A DNA stretch of 64,000 nucleotides from an uncultured delta proteobacterium (GTDB lineage: Bacteria; Myxococcota; UBA727; VGSZ01). The notes below the pieces were generated by a model. That model did no database searches. It saw only the letters and a program-made list of their open reading frames with translations, and was not told the origin of the DNA. Numbering within the stretch: the stretch's first letter is position 1; every line of letters starts with the position of its first letter. The stretch spans positions 96,001 to 160,000 of the forward strand of contig CAVZJB010000014.1 of the NCBI GenBank assembly GCA_963775425.1, read 5' to 3'. A program made the translations under genes and the position numbers. Below, one piece after another: positions 9,408-19,420 of this stretch.

Positions 9408-10352
9408 ATGCAGCTTGTCACCCCCACACCGGATCAGGGCGCCCTCGGCCTGCGCGCGCTCTACACGGTCGCAGCCGTCGACGGCCCGCTCAAGCCCGAG
9501 GAGCGCAGCGTGCTGGAGGCGGCGCGCCGCTTCTCCCACGCCACGAGCGAGCTCGAGGCGCTCGAGCCCATCGAGCCCGACGCGCTCGCAGCCGCGCTGC
9601 CCGCCGATCCGCACCTGCGCTGGCAGTTGTGCTGCGCGCTGGCGCTCATGAGCATGGCCGACCGCGAGCCCACCGCGGAGGAGTCGGCGCGCGTGGACGC
9701 GTTCGCGCGCGCGCTCGGCGTCGACAACGACATGGTCGCCACGCTGAAGAAGCTCACGGGGGAGCACCTGTGGCTCGCGCGCATCGACATCTACCGGCGC
9801 TTCTGGGCGCGCGAGCACATCATAAAGAAGATCGAGCGCGAGGGCTTCAGCGGCATCGCCGAGACCGTGCGCGCGCTGCGGCGCAAGGAGGAAAACCCCG
9901 CGCTCACCGCCCGCTATCGCGCGCTCGCCCGGCTGCCCGAGGGGACGCTCGGGCGCTCGTATTTCGAGTTCATCGAGGCGTGCCACTTCTCGTTCCCCGG
10001 CGAGCTCGGCCACGGCCCCGAGATCATCGCGCAGCACGACATGGCCCACGTCCTCGGCGGCTACGGCGCGGACTCGCGCGAGGAGATGTGCGTGGGCTTC
10101 TTCTCCGCGGGCTTTCGCAAGAAGGACCCGATGACCTTCGTGTTGCTCGCGCTCTTCCAGCTCCACCTCGGCATCGCCACGATGCCGGGCCAGCCGGTGG
10201 ACACCGGCGCGCTCGACATGGGGATGTGCTTCGAGGCGCTGAAGCGCGGCGCGGCGATGAGCGTGGATCTGTCGGGGCCGTGGGACTACTGGGCGGTCAT
10301 CGATCGCCCCGTGGAGGCGCTGCGCGCCGAATACGGGATCCCCCCGCGGTGA
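9408..10352 (+). CDS. TerB-like + Coq4-like domain protein
   Basis: N-terminal AAVDG..KPEE and MADRE...EE TerB-like helices; C-terminal LPEGTLGRSY and HDMAHVLGGY...EE. Confidence 0.75.
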   Translation: MQLVTPTPDQGALGLRALYTVAAVDGPLKPEERSVLEAARRFSHATSELEALEPIEPDALAAALPADPHLRWQLCCALALMSMADREPTAEESARVDAFARALGVDNDMVATLKKLTGEHLWLARIDIYRRFWAREHIIKKIEREGFSGIAETVRALRRKEENPALTARYRALARLPEGTLGRSYFEFIEACHFSFPGELGHGPEIIAQHDMAHVLGGYGADSREEMCVGFFSAGFRKKDPMTFVLLALFQLHLGIATMPGQPVDTGALDMGMCFEALKRGAAMSVDLSGPWDYWAVIDRPVEALRAEYGIPPR

Positions 10353-10585
10353 TCCCAGCTCGCCCCCTTGGAGGCGAGCGCGGCCACCACGATCTTCTCC
10401 ACGTCCGCCGGCGGCAGCGCGCTGCCGCGCGCCGGTGGCGAGCCGCCGACGTCGTCGGCGCCGCCCCACCCCGTCGGGTCCACCGGCGCTCTTCGCGCGC
10501 GTTCTGGTGCGCGTCGACGTCTCGGCGCCGCCGTCGACACCATTCTGGTACCCTGCGCCGAGCTCGCGCATCCGGAGGCTCTTTC

Positions 10586-11140
10586 ATGACGGAATCCGCC
10601 AAGCTGCCGCCCGCCACCATCGCCTCAGGCGGCGTCGCCCGCGCTGGTGCAGCGGACGGCGCCGCGCAAGCGACCCAGGTCGTCTCGTCGTTCTACGAGT
10701 CGCTCGCGAAGCACGACGTCGGCGCGATGGAGGCCGCCTACGACCCCGCGGCCCACTTTCATGATCCGTTGTTCGGCTCGCTCGACGGCCGGCATGAAGT
10801 GATGGAGATGTGGAAGACCATCCTGCCGGGCATCGATCCGAAGAAGTTCCAGAGCGACCATGAGATCAAGGGCGTGACCCCGCGCGGCGACGGCAGCTAC
10901 GAGGTGAAGCTGCACTGGGACGCGCACTACGAGCTGCGCGGGCGCCACATCGACAACGCGAGCGACACCACCATGATCGTCAAGGGCGGCAAGATCGTGG
11001 ACCACCGCGACGACTGGGATCTGTCGGCGTGGACGAAGCAAGCGTTGCCGGCGGGGCTCGGCGGAAATGTGCTCACGAACGCGCTGACCGCGTTCGCCGC
11101 GCATGCCTTCGTCGAGGTGAAGGACGTCTTCGACCGCTGA
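10586..11140 (+). CDS. NTF2/SnoaL-like protein
   Basis: FY..L...D...M...Y...AHFHDP.FG, GKIVDHRD.WD. Confidence 0.85.
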   Translation: MTESAKLPPATIASGGVARAGAADGAAQATQVVSSFYESLAKHDVGAMEAAYDPAAHFHDPLFGSLDGRHEVMEMWKTILPGIDPKKFQSDHEIKGVTPRGDGSYEVKLHWDAHYELRGRHIDNASDTTMIVKGGKIVDHRDDWDLSAWTKQALPAGLGGNVLTNALTAFAAHAFVEVKDVFDR

Positions 11141-11156
11141 CCGCGCGCGCCGCAGG

Positions 11157-12188
<1,032 letters not shown>

Positions 12189-12266
12189 GATGTTAGCGCC
12201 ATGCGCGCGCGCGGCGAAGGGCGCTTCGGCGGGAGCCTCGCCGGCGTTTCGAGGCGGAACACCGCC

Positions 12267-12623
12267 TCAGTCCCTCTTCGCGAACGCGCCGCGCGCCTCG
12301 GCCATCGCCGCGCGATTCTCCACGATCCAGTCGAGCAGCGTCTTGAGCGGCTCGCGAAGCGCGCGCCCGAGCGGCGTGAGCTCGTAGTCCACGCGCGGCG
12401 GCACCGTGGCAAACGTGGTTCGCTTGACCAGGCCGTTTTCTTCGAGCCGCCTGAGCGTCAGCGTGAGCATGCGCTGCGAGATCCCGGTGACGCCGCGCTC
12501 GATCTCGCTGTAGCGCAGCGTCCCGCTCTTCGCGAGCACGCCGAGCACGAGCAGCGTCCACTTGTCACCGAGCAGCGCGACCGTGGCGTCGACGGCGGCG
12601 CACTGCACGTCCTCGGTGCGCAT
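12267..12623 (-). CDS. HxlR-family winged-helix regulator
   Basis: LGDKWTLLVL, GISQRMLTLTLR.LE..GLV, PPRVDYELT.LG. Confidence 0.92.
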   Translation of the reverse strand: MRTEDVQCAAVDATVALLGDKWTLLVLGVLAKSGTLRYSEIERGVTGISQRMLTLTLRRLEENGLVKRTTFATVPPRVDYELTPLGRALREPLKTLLDWIVENRAAMAEARGAFAKRD

Positions 12624-12691
12624 CAATTGTTCGTGGCGCTCATCGATGTGCCTCCTCGTGCGCGATCGCGTCGCCTGGGACGTTCACGAGC

Positions 12692-12985
12692 ATGACCGAA
12701 CCTCTACGCATTGGCATCGTCCTCGGCAGCACCCGCGCCGGCAGCTTCGCCGACAAGCCCGCCGACTGGCTCATGGGCATCGCCGAGAAGCGCGGCGACG
12801 CGACGTTCGAGATCGTCGACCTGCGCGACTACCCGATGCCGTTCTTCGACGAGCCGAAGTCGCCCTTCCGCGAGCCTCCGAAGAACGAGGTCGCGCGCCG
12901 CTTCACCAGGAAGGTGGCCGAGCTCGACGGGTTCATCTTCGTATCGAGCAGTTGCGCCTGATGCTCGTCGAACGCAACCGGCGCG
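12692..12985 (+). pseudogene. NADPH-dependent FMN reductase remnant
   Basis: GSTR..DLRDYP.PFFDE..DGFIFV then stop at 12961; out-of-frame IEQLRLMLVE follows directly. Confidence 0.75.
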
Positions 12986-13055
12986 CCCCCGGACGGTCAG
13001 CCGCGCGTGCCCGCGGCGGATTGCGCGATCCGTCCGCATTGTCGACCGTGGCCCC

Positions 13056-13730
13056 GTGCACGCCACGGGGTCCCGCAACCGCCTCACGCCACATCAACTG
13101 GGCTTGTACCCGGGCACCAGCCTCTTTCACCGCATCGCGCGCACGGTGTGCGGCGTCGGCGTCCTGCCACGCAAGGAGCTGCACGAGGCATGGGAGGTCG
13201 CGCGGCGCGTGCGCCGCCGCTTCCACGGCGGCCGCGTGGTGGACCTCTGCTGCGGCCACGGCCTGCTCGCGCACGTGATGCTGCTGCTGGACGCGGCGGC
13301 GGACGCGGGGCAAGTGGCGCTGGCCGTGGACACGCGCTTGCCGCCGAGCCAGGCCAAGCTGCACGCGGCGATGGTGGACACCTGGCCGAAGCTGCGCGAT
13401 CGCATCGAGTTCGTGTCGGGGCGGCTGCAGGACGTCACGCTGTCGCCCGACGACATCGTCGTCTCCACCCACGCGTGCGGGAGCCTCACCGACGACGTCC
13501 TCGCGCAGGCGGTGCGGGCGGGGGCGCGGGTGGCGGTGCTGCCCTGCTGTCACGCGCTCCGCACACGCGGCGAGCTCGAGGGCTGGCTCGACGGCGCGCT
13601 CGCCATGGACGTGGAGCGCGCCACTTCGCTCCGCGCGGCGGGCTACGCGGTGTGGACACACACGATCCCCGAGGAGGTCACGCCGAAAAACCGCGTCCTC
13701 CTCGGCGAGCGGCGCCGCCGCGCCGGGTAG
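13056..13730 (+). CDS. SAM-dependent methyltransferase
   Basis: VVDLCCGHG, HACG.LTD, LPCCH, TPKNR motifs; GTG start inferred. Confidence 0.85.
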   Translation: MHATGSRNRLTPHQLGLYPGTSLFHRIARTVCGVGVLPRKELHEAWEVARRVRRRFHGGRVVDLCCGHGLLAHVMLLLDAAADAGQVALAVDTRLPPSQAKLHAAMVDTWPKLRDRIEFVSGRLQDVTLSPDDIVVSTHACGSLTDDVLAQAVRAGARVAVLPCCHALRTRGELEGWLDGALAMDVERATSLRAAGYAVWTHTIPEEVTPKNRVLLGERRRRAG

Positions 13731-13801
13731 GGTGGTGTGCGACACGCGCCGGCCAGCGGCGGGCCTTCAGATCGGCGGGGGTCGTGACGATGGGGGTTCG
13801 T

Positions 13802-14917
13802 ATGACCGTCGCCGACCTCCGCCCCGGCCACCTCCTCTCGATCCTCAGGCGCAGCGCGGGAACGACGCTGCGGACCAACCAGCCGGCGCGCGCGCCGGTG
13901 GTGGAGTCGCTCCTGGGCCGGCTCGAGCGGGTCCCCGGCAGCGCCGCCGGCATCTCGTTCCTCCCCGTCGACCACGACCTCGTGCTCGCCGGCGACGGCG
14001 ACCCGCGCGCCCTCGCCGCGTCGGCGCAGCTCTTGCGCGAGCTCGTCGACGGCCGCGCGCTGGGTGGGCGACGCGACGCCCCCGGCGCACTCGCGTCGCT
14101 GCTGTCGATCAGCGAGCTGCTGCTCAACGACCCCGGCACCGAGGACGACAGCGCCGGCCTGCGCGAGGCCGCGGAGGCGGCGGCGATGCTCACCCGCGCC
14201 GTGCTCGACACCCCCGCAGAAAACGAGACCGCGTTGAACGCGCAGGTGTCGGCGCTCGCGCCCCTGTTGCGCAGCCTCGCCGGCCGCCGCGTCGAGTGCG
14301 TCTTCGACCTCGATCCGCGCGCGGGCGCGGTGCGCGTCGACCCCACCGTCCTGCGGAACATCCTGTCGAACCTCGTGAGCAGCGCGCGTGACGCGATGCC
14401 CGACGGCGGCAGCGTCGTCGTGCGCACCTTCGCCGCCGCCGGCTGCGCCTGCCTCGTCGTCGAGGACGACGGCGCGCCCCGCGCCGGCGCCGCACGCACG
14501 CGGCGCACCGGCTTCGGCCTCGCCCACGTGCGCGCCCTCGTCGAGCGCGTCGGCGGCCGCATGCACATCGAGTGCGCCGGGGGCCTCGGCACCGTGGTCT
14601 TCCTCGAGCTGCCGGCCGCGCCCCCGCCCATGGTGCTCGTCGCCGAGGACGACGACGCCACCCGCGACCTGATCCGCGCCCTCCTCGAGCGCTCGGGCTT
14701 CGACGTCCTGTGCGCGCGCGACGGCAAGGAGGCGCTCGAGATGCTCTCGGTGGCGCCCGTGTCGCTGGCGCTCCTCGACGTGCGCACTCGGTTGTACTCG
14801 GGGCCCGAGGTCGCCGAGCGCATCCAGGCGCGCCGCCCCGACCTGCGCGTCCTGTTCCTCTCGATGCACGCCACCGCGGCGCGCCCCCCCGCCTCGTTCG
14901 CTGCCGCGTTGCTCTGA
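13802..14917 (+). CDS. Degenerate hybrid histidine kinase/receiver protein
   Basis: NLVSSARDAMPDGG, VEDDG, TGFGLA, receiver VAEDD...LLDV; no H-box visible. Confidence 0.7.
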   Translation: MTVADLRPGHLLSILRRSAGTTLRTNQPARAPVVESLLGRLERVPGSAAGISFLPVDHDLVLAGDGDPRALAASAQLLRELVDGRALGGRRDAPGALASLLSISELLLNDPGTEDDSAGLREAAEAAAMLTRAVLDTPAENETALNAQVSALAPLLRSLAGRRVECVFDLDPRAGAVRVDPTVLRNILSNLVSSARDAMPDGGSVVVRTFAAAGCACLVVEDDGAPRAGAARTRRTGFGLAHVRALVERVGGRMHIECAGGLGTVVFLELPAAPPPMVLVAEDDDATRDLIRALLERSGFDVLCARDGKEALEMLSVAPVSLALLDVRTRLYSGPEVAERIQARRPDLRVLFLSMHATAARPPASFAAALL

Positions 14918-14987
14918 GCGACGCGACGACACGTCGCGGCGGAACGCGCGCGCCAAAAGGGGCGGCCCGGGGCTATACAACCGAGCC

Positions 14988-16331
14988 ATGCCCGTCGCCG
15001 CCTTGCGCTCCCACGCCGACATCGCCGCCGCGCTCAGGACGCTCGGGGTCTCCCTCGATGACGCCCGCGCGCTCGACCCCAAGAAGGCCAGCGACCCCGC
15101 CCTCGCCCGCGCGCTCGTCGACGTCCTCGCCGAGGTCTCCCCCGCGGAGATGAAGCGCCTCGCCGCTGCCGTCGGCGCCGGCGGTGCGCCGTCGTCCACC
15201 GCGGCGCGCGCCACGTCGGGCACCTCGCGTGCGCACGTCGTCGCGCGCCTGCCGGTCAAGCACGGCGAGGAGCCGCGGGTCGACGTGAACACGCCGGCGG
15301 TGGCGGTGCTCCTGCAACGCTACGGCGTCGCCGACGTCGCGCCCCGTCCCCTCGAGCGCGTGCTCGCGCAGTGCGCGCGCATCGACGAGATCCTGCGGCA
15401 ATCGGACGACCCCGACGTGCTCCTCGAGAAGATCATGGCGGGGGACCTGCGCCGCTACGTGTTCCTGCTCGAGGGCGTCGCCAAGCTCTACGGCCGCCGC
15501 TACGACGAGGCCGACGACACGTACGTGGCCGCCAAGGCCCTCGAAGATCTCCTCGGCGACGTCTCCGCCACGCGCACCAACCTGGCGTACGCGCGCCAGG
15601 TCAAGGCGCCCGCCGACGTCGTCGCCCACCTGGAAAAGAAGGCCGAAAAGACGCGCCGCGCGCTGCGTGAGCTGCTCAAGGACAAGTGGATGCCCGACAA
15701 GCACGGGCACGGCTCGCTGCGGTCGCAGGTGCCGGCCATCAGGGAGATCCTGCGCGGCTGGGGGCGGGCGGACTGGGACGGCTACGTCGACGACAAGAAG
15801 GTGATCCGCAAGGAGCTCGTGCGCCGCCTCGTCAAGCTCAGCGACGCCAAGTACTCGATGACCGACCTGCCAAACGGCATCCACGAGCTGCGCCGGCAAC
15901 TGCGCTGGTTCCCGATCTACGCCGAAGCGGTCAACGGGCTCATCCAGCTCGACGTCGACAAGAACCCCGTGGCTGCCTACCAGCCGCTCCTCGACGTGCA
16001 GCTCGCCACCTCCAAGTACGTGGACCTCCCCGACGACAGCCGCGAAGTCGACGCCATCCACATCTCCAAGTCGCTCTACCTCGGCGTCATCCAGCTCACG
16101 CTCGACCTCGGCGGCATCAAGGACGCCGGCGAGCCGCTCGAAGAGCTCTATGCCGCGTACGTGGAGACCGGCCACGCCGAAGACCTCTCCGCCGCCCGCG
16201 ATCAGGTCCTCGCCCTCATCGGCGGCGACAGGCTCGAGCGCGACCTCCACGCCGCCGCCGAAGAGCTCTACGCGGGCATGCGCAACAACAAGCTCGTCGA
16301 AAAGCTCGCCGAGCAGGTGAAGAAGGGCTGA
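14988..16331 (+). CDS. Helical protein with CHAD-like motifs
   Basis: IHELRRQLRW and LEDLLGDV motifs; typical codon bias. Confidence 0.6.
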   Translation: MPVAALRSHADIAAALRTLGVSLDDARALDPKKASDPALARALVDVLAEVSPAEMKRLAAAVGAGGAPSSTAARATSGTSRAHVVARLPVKHGEEPRVDVNTPAVAVLLQRYGVADVAPRPLERVLAQCARIDEILRQSDDPDVLLEKIMAGDLRRYVFLLEGVAKLYGRRYDEADDTYVAAKALEDLLGDVSATRTNLAYARQVKAPADVVAHLEKKAEKTRRALRELLKDKWMPDKHGHGSLRSQVPAIREILRGWGRADWDGYVDDKKVIRKELVRRLVKLSDAKYSMTDLPNGIHELRRQLRWFPIYAEAVNGLIQLDVDKNPVAAYQPLLDVQLATSKYVDLPDDSREVDAIHISKSLYLGVIQLTLDLGGIKDAGEPLEELYAAYVETGHAEDLSAARDQVLALIGGDRLERDLHAAAEELYAGMRNNKLVEKLAEQVKKG

Positions 16332-16340
16332 AGCCCGCCG

Positions 16341-19325
16341 TCAGCGGAACAAGAGCCAGCTCGCGAGCACCGAGACGGCGGCGGTCGACGCCATGAGCGC
16401 CACGACCACTCCCGGTGACACCCCGGTCCGCACGACGCGAGGGGGCGGCGCCTGGCCGGGGGACGCGGGCGAGGCCACCGTGGCGTCGGAGGTCTCGCGC
16501 GGCGCCTCGACGACGTCGTCGGCGTTGGCCTCCGGCAGCGACCCGCCGTCGTCGCTCACCGCGGCGTGCTCGGGCGCGGTGTCCCGGCCCGGCATGACGG
16601 CGGAGACGTCGAGGCCGCCGAAGAACGAGGCTTCGGCGTCGCCGAGATCGTCGTCGACGGCGCCGGATGTGTGGGCGGCGGTGAAGCTCTCCGCGAGCGC
16701 CTCGAGGCGCCCCTTCACCTCGCGCATGGTCTGCGGGCGCTTGGCGGCGTCGTTCTCGAGGCACTGCATCACCAGCTCGCTCAACGCTTCCGGCACCGCG
16801 TGCACCAGGCCATCGACGCGCCCGGGAGCCGCGGGCTTTTCGAGCTGCGCGAACAGCATCCCGCGGTCGGTGTCGCTCTTGAACGGCAGCCCGCCTGCGA
16901 GCATCTCGTAGAGCACCACGCCGAGGGAGAAGATGTCGGCGCGGTGGTCGACGCCGGTGCCCACGAGCTGCTCGGACGACATGTAGTTGCGCGTCCCCAC
17001 GGTGGCGCCGATGCCGGTGTCGTGCAGCGACTTGCCGTCGTCGTCGACGAGCTTGGCCACGCCGAAGTCGAGGAGCTTCACGAAGTCGTCGCGGCCGCCG
17101 CGCGAGGTGAGGAAGACGTTCTCGGGCTTGATGTCGCGATGGATGATGTGCGCGTCGTGCACGGCCACCATGGCGCTCGCCACCTGGTACCCGATGCGCA
17201 CGGCGCGCTCGGGCCGCACGGTCTTCACCGAGCGCAACAGGCCCGCCAGCGAGCGCCCCTCGAGGAGCTCCATGATGGTGCAGAGCTGCCCGTCGTCGGT
17301 CTCGAACAGGTCGGTGACCTCGATGATGTTCTCGTGGCGGATCTGGTTCACCGCGCGCGCCTCGGAGAGGAAGCGCTCGACGGCGGTGCGGTTCTTCACC
17401 ATGCGCCGCCGCAGCATCTTCATGGCCACGCGGCGGCCGAGCTTCTTGTGCTCCGCGAGGTACACGCGGCCCATGCCGCCGCGCCCGATGACGTCGAGGA
17501 GCAGGTACCCGCCGACGACGTCGCCGGCGGTGGGCGCCCCCTGCATCTCGGGGGCGTGGCTCTCCTCGCCGCCGGTGCTCTGGTCGTCGTGGCGATCGTC
17601 GTGGACCTTGAATTTCTTCACGGCCACTGCGTCTTCGACCTTCTTCTTGAGCTCCTTCTTCGGCGGCTTCTTCGGGGCGACGGGCGGCGCCACGTCGTCG
17701 ACGTCGGACTCAGGCGGCGACACGGGCGCTTCGGCGGTGACGCTGCTGTCGGTGGCGTTGACGTCGGTGGAGGCGGGCTTCTCGATGCCGATGGAGCGGA
17801 AGCCCGGGTGGTTGAGCTTGGGATCGGTCTTGGCGGGCGCCGCCGGTTGAAACAGCTCGAGGGACAGCTTGGTGCCGTTGGCGTCGACGAGGAACAACGA
17901 GACCTCGAGGTCGGCGCCCAGGAACGCTTCGAGGTTGATCGAGCCCGGGTGCGCCTTCAGCCACTCCGCGGGCACGCGCACGGTGCCGAGCACACCGCGC
18001 TCGAGGCTGACGGCGTCGACGGCCTCGTAGACGCCGATGACGAGCGGTTGCCCCTCGGGCGGGCGCTCGAGCGCGATGCGCTGCACCGACGGCACCGGCG
18101 TGTTGGCGGGCACCAGCTCCTTGGACACGCCGCCGGGCAGCGTGACGCCGACGGACATGCTGCTCACGTCGATGAGCGTGCGATCGCCCTGGGTCAACAG
18201 CGCGGTGCCGACGACGACGCCGAGGTCGGGGTGCACCGCCTGCGCGCGGTTGGCCACGAAGATGTCGTTCAGGCGCTTCCGGATGAGGGGCATGCGCGTC
18301 ATGCCGCCGACGAACACCACCTCGTCCACCTCGAGGGGCTGCACCTCCGCGCGCTTGAGGATGTCCTCGCACACGCCGAGCGCCTTCTCGATGAGCGGCG
18401 CGGTGAGCTCCTCGAGCTCCTTGCGCGTCAGCCGCGTGTCGAGGTCGATGAAGCGCTCGCCCTTCACCGCGACGCATGGGACGCGCAGCCGCACCTCCTC
18501 CTGCGTGGACAGATCGATCTTGGCCGCCTCCGCCGCCACAAGCACGCGCTGCGTGGCCACGGTGTTGCCGCGGATGTCGATGCCGCGCTGATCCTCGAGC
18601 TGCTTGGAGAGGTGGTCGAGCAGCTTGCCGTCGAAGTCGGCGCCGCCGAGGAACGCGTCGCCGCCGGTGGCGAGCACCTTCACCACGCCCGAGACGATGG
18701 CCATGAGCGTGGCGTCGAAGGTGCCGCCACCGAGGTCGAAGATGAGCACGGTCCCGTCGCGCCCCTTCTGGCGCGCGTAATACATGGCGGCGGCCGTGGG
18801 CTCGTTGACCATGCCGCGGACCTTGAGGCCCGCGCGGCGCGCCGCGCGCCGGATGACCGCGCGCTGGCCGAAACCGAAGTGCGCGGGCACCGCGACCATG
18901 CACTCCTCGAAGGGCGCCCCGTGCGACACCGCCGCGAGCTCCGCGAGGCGCTTGAGCACGTCGACGGCGACGTCCTCGAGCGGCTTTGTCTGATCGCCGA
19001 TCTTCACGGCGCACAGCCCGTCCGGGCCCTCGACGAGCTCGAACGCGAAGCGGTCCTTGTGCCGGTGGACGAAGGGCGAGTTGTAGCGGAGCCCGAGGAA
19101 GCGCTTGAAGCCGAAGATGGTGCTCTGCGGGTCGTCGATGAGCTGCTGCCGCGCGGGCTGGCCGACGAGGACGTGTTGGCCCTTCTGCGCGTACCACACG
19201 ACGCTCGGCAGCAGGTATGCATCCTGCCGCACGGCGGCCACGCGGACGCGACCCTTGTCGTCGACCCACGCCGCCGCCGAGTTGCTCGTCCCGAGGTCGA
19301 TCCCGAGGACCGGTTTCGTCGCCAT
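16341..19325 (-). CDS. Hsp70-like ATPase fused to Ser/Thr kinase with C-terminal TM helix
   Basis: GIDLGTSNS, IFDLGGGTFD, VFVGGMTRMP; then IGRGGMGRVY, HRDIKPEN, DFG; hydrophobic C-terminus. Confidence 0.9.
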   Translation of the reverse strand: MATKPVLGIDLGTSNSAAAWVDDKGRVRVAAVRQDAYLLPSVVWYAQKGQHVLVGQPARQQLIDDPQSTIFGFKRFLGLRYNSPFVHRHKDRFAFELVEGPDGLCAVKIGDQTKPLEDVAVDVLKRLAELAAVSHGAPFEECMVAVPAHFGFGQRAVIRRAARRAGLKVRGMVNEPTAAAMYYARQKGRDGTVLIFDLGGGTFDATLMAIVSGVVKVLATGGDAFLGGADFDGKLLDHLSKQLEDQRGIDIRGNTVATQRVLVAAEAAKIDLSTQEEVRLRVPCVAVKGERFIDLDTRLTRKELEELTAPLIEKALGVCEDILKRAEVQPLEVDEVVFVGGMTRMPLIRKRLNDIFVANRAQAVHPDLGVVVGTALLTQGDRTLIDVSSMSVGVTLPGGVSKELVPANTPVPSVQRIALERPPEGQPLVIGVYEAVDAVSLERGVLGTVRVPAEWLKAHPGSINLEAFLGADLEVSLFLVDANGTKLSLELFQPAAPAKTDPKLNHPGFRSIGIEKPASTDVNATDSSVTAEAPVSPPESDVDDVAPPVAPKKPPKKELKKKVEDAVAVKKFKVHDDRHDDQSTGGEESHAPEMQGAPTAGDVVGGYLLLDVIGRGGMGRVYLAEHKKLGRRVAMKMLRRRMVKNRTAVERFLSEARAVNQIRHENIIEVTDLFETDDGQLCTIMELLEGRSLAGLLRSVKTVRPERAVRIGYQVASAMVAVHDAHIIHRDIKPENVFLTSRGGRDDFVKLLDFGVAKLVDDDGKSLHDTGIGATVGTRNYMSSEQLVGTGVDHRADIFSLGVVLYEMLAGGLPFKSDTDRGMLFAQLEKPAAPGRVDGLVHAVPEALSELVMQCLENDAAKRPQTMREVKGRLEALAESFTAAHTSGAVDDDLGDAEASFFGGLDVSAVMPGRDTAPEHAAVSDDGGSLPEANADDVVEAPRETSDATVASPASPGQAPPPRVVRTGVSPGVVVALMASTAAVSVLASWLLFR

Positions 19326-19420
19326 CGGCCCGGCCATCCTAGCGAGGGCGCCGCGGCGCCACCAAAAAGAGCCGTAGGTGTCCCAAATGCCGGTCCGGCC
19401 GGACGCCAGGGGGCTCGCGG

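Noticed and set aside
10353-10585. 233-bp gap with GC hairpins and short ORFs
   Set aside because: No recognisable RNA motif or convincing coding signal.
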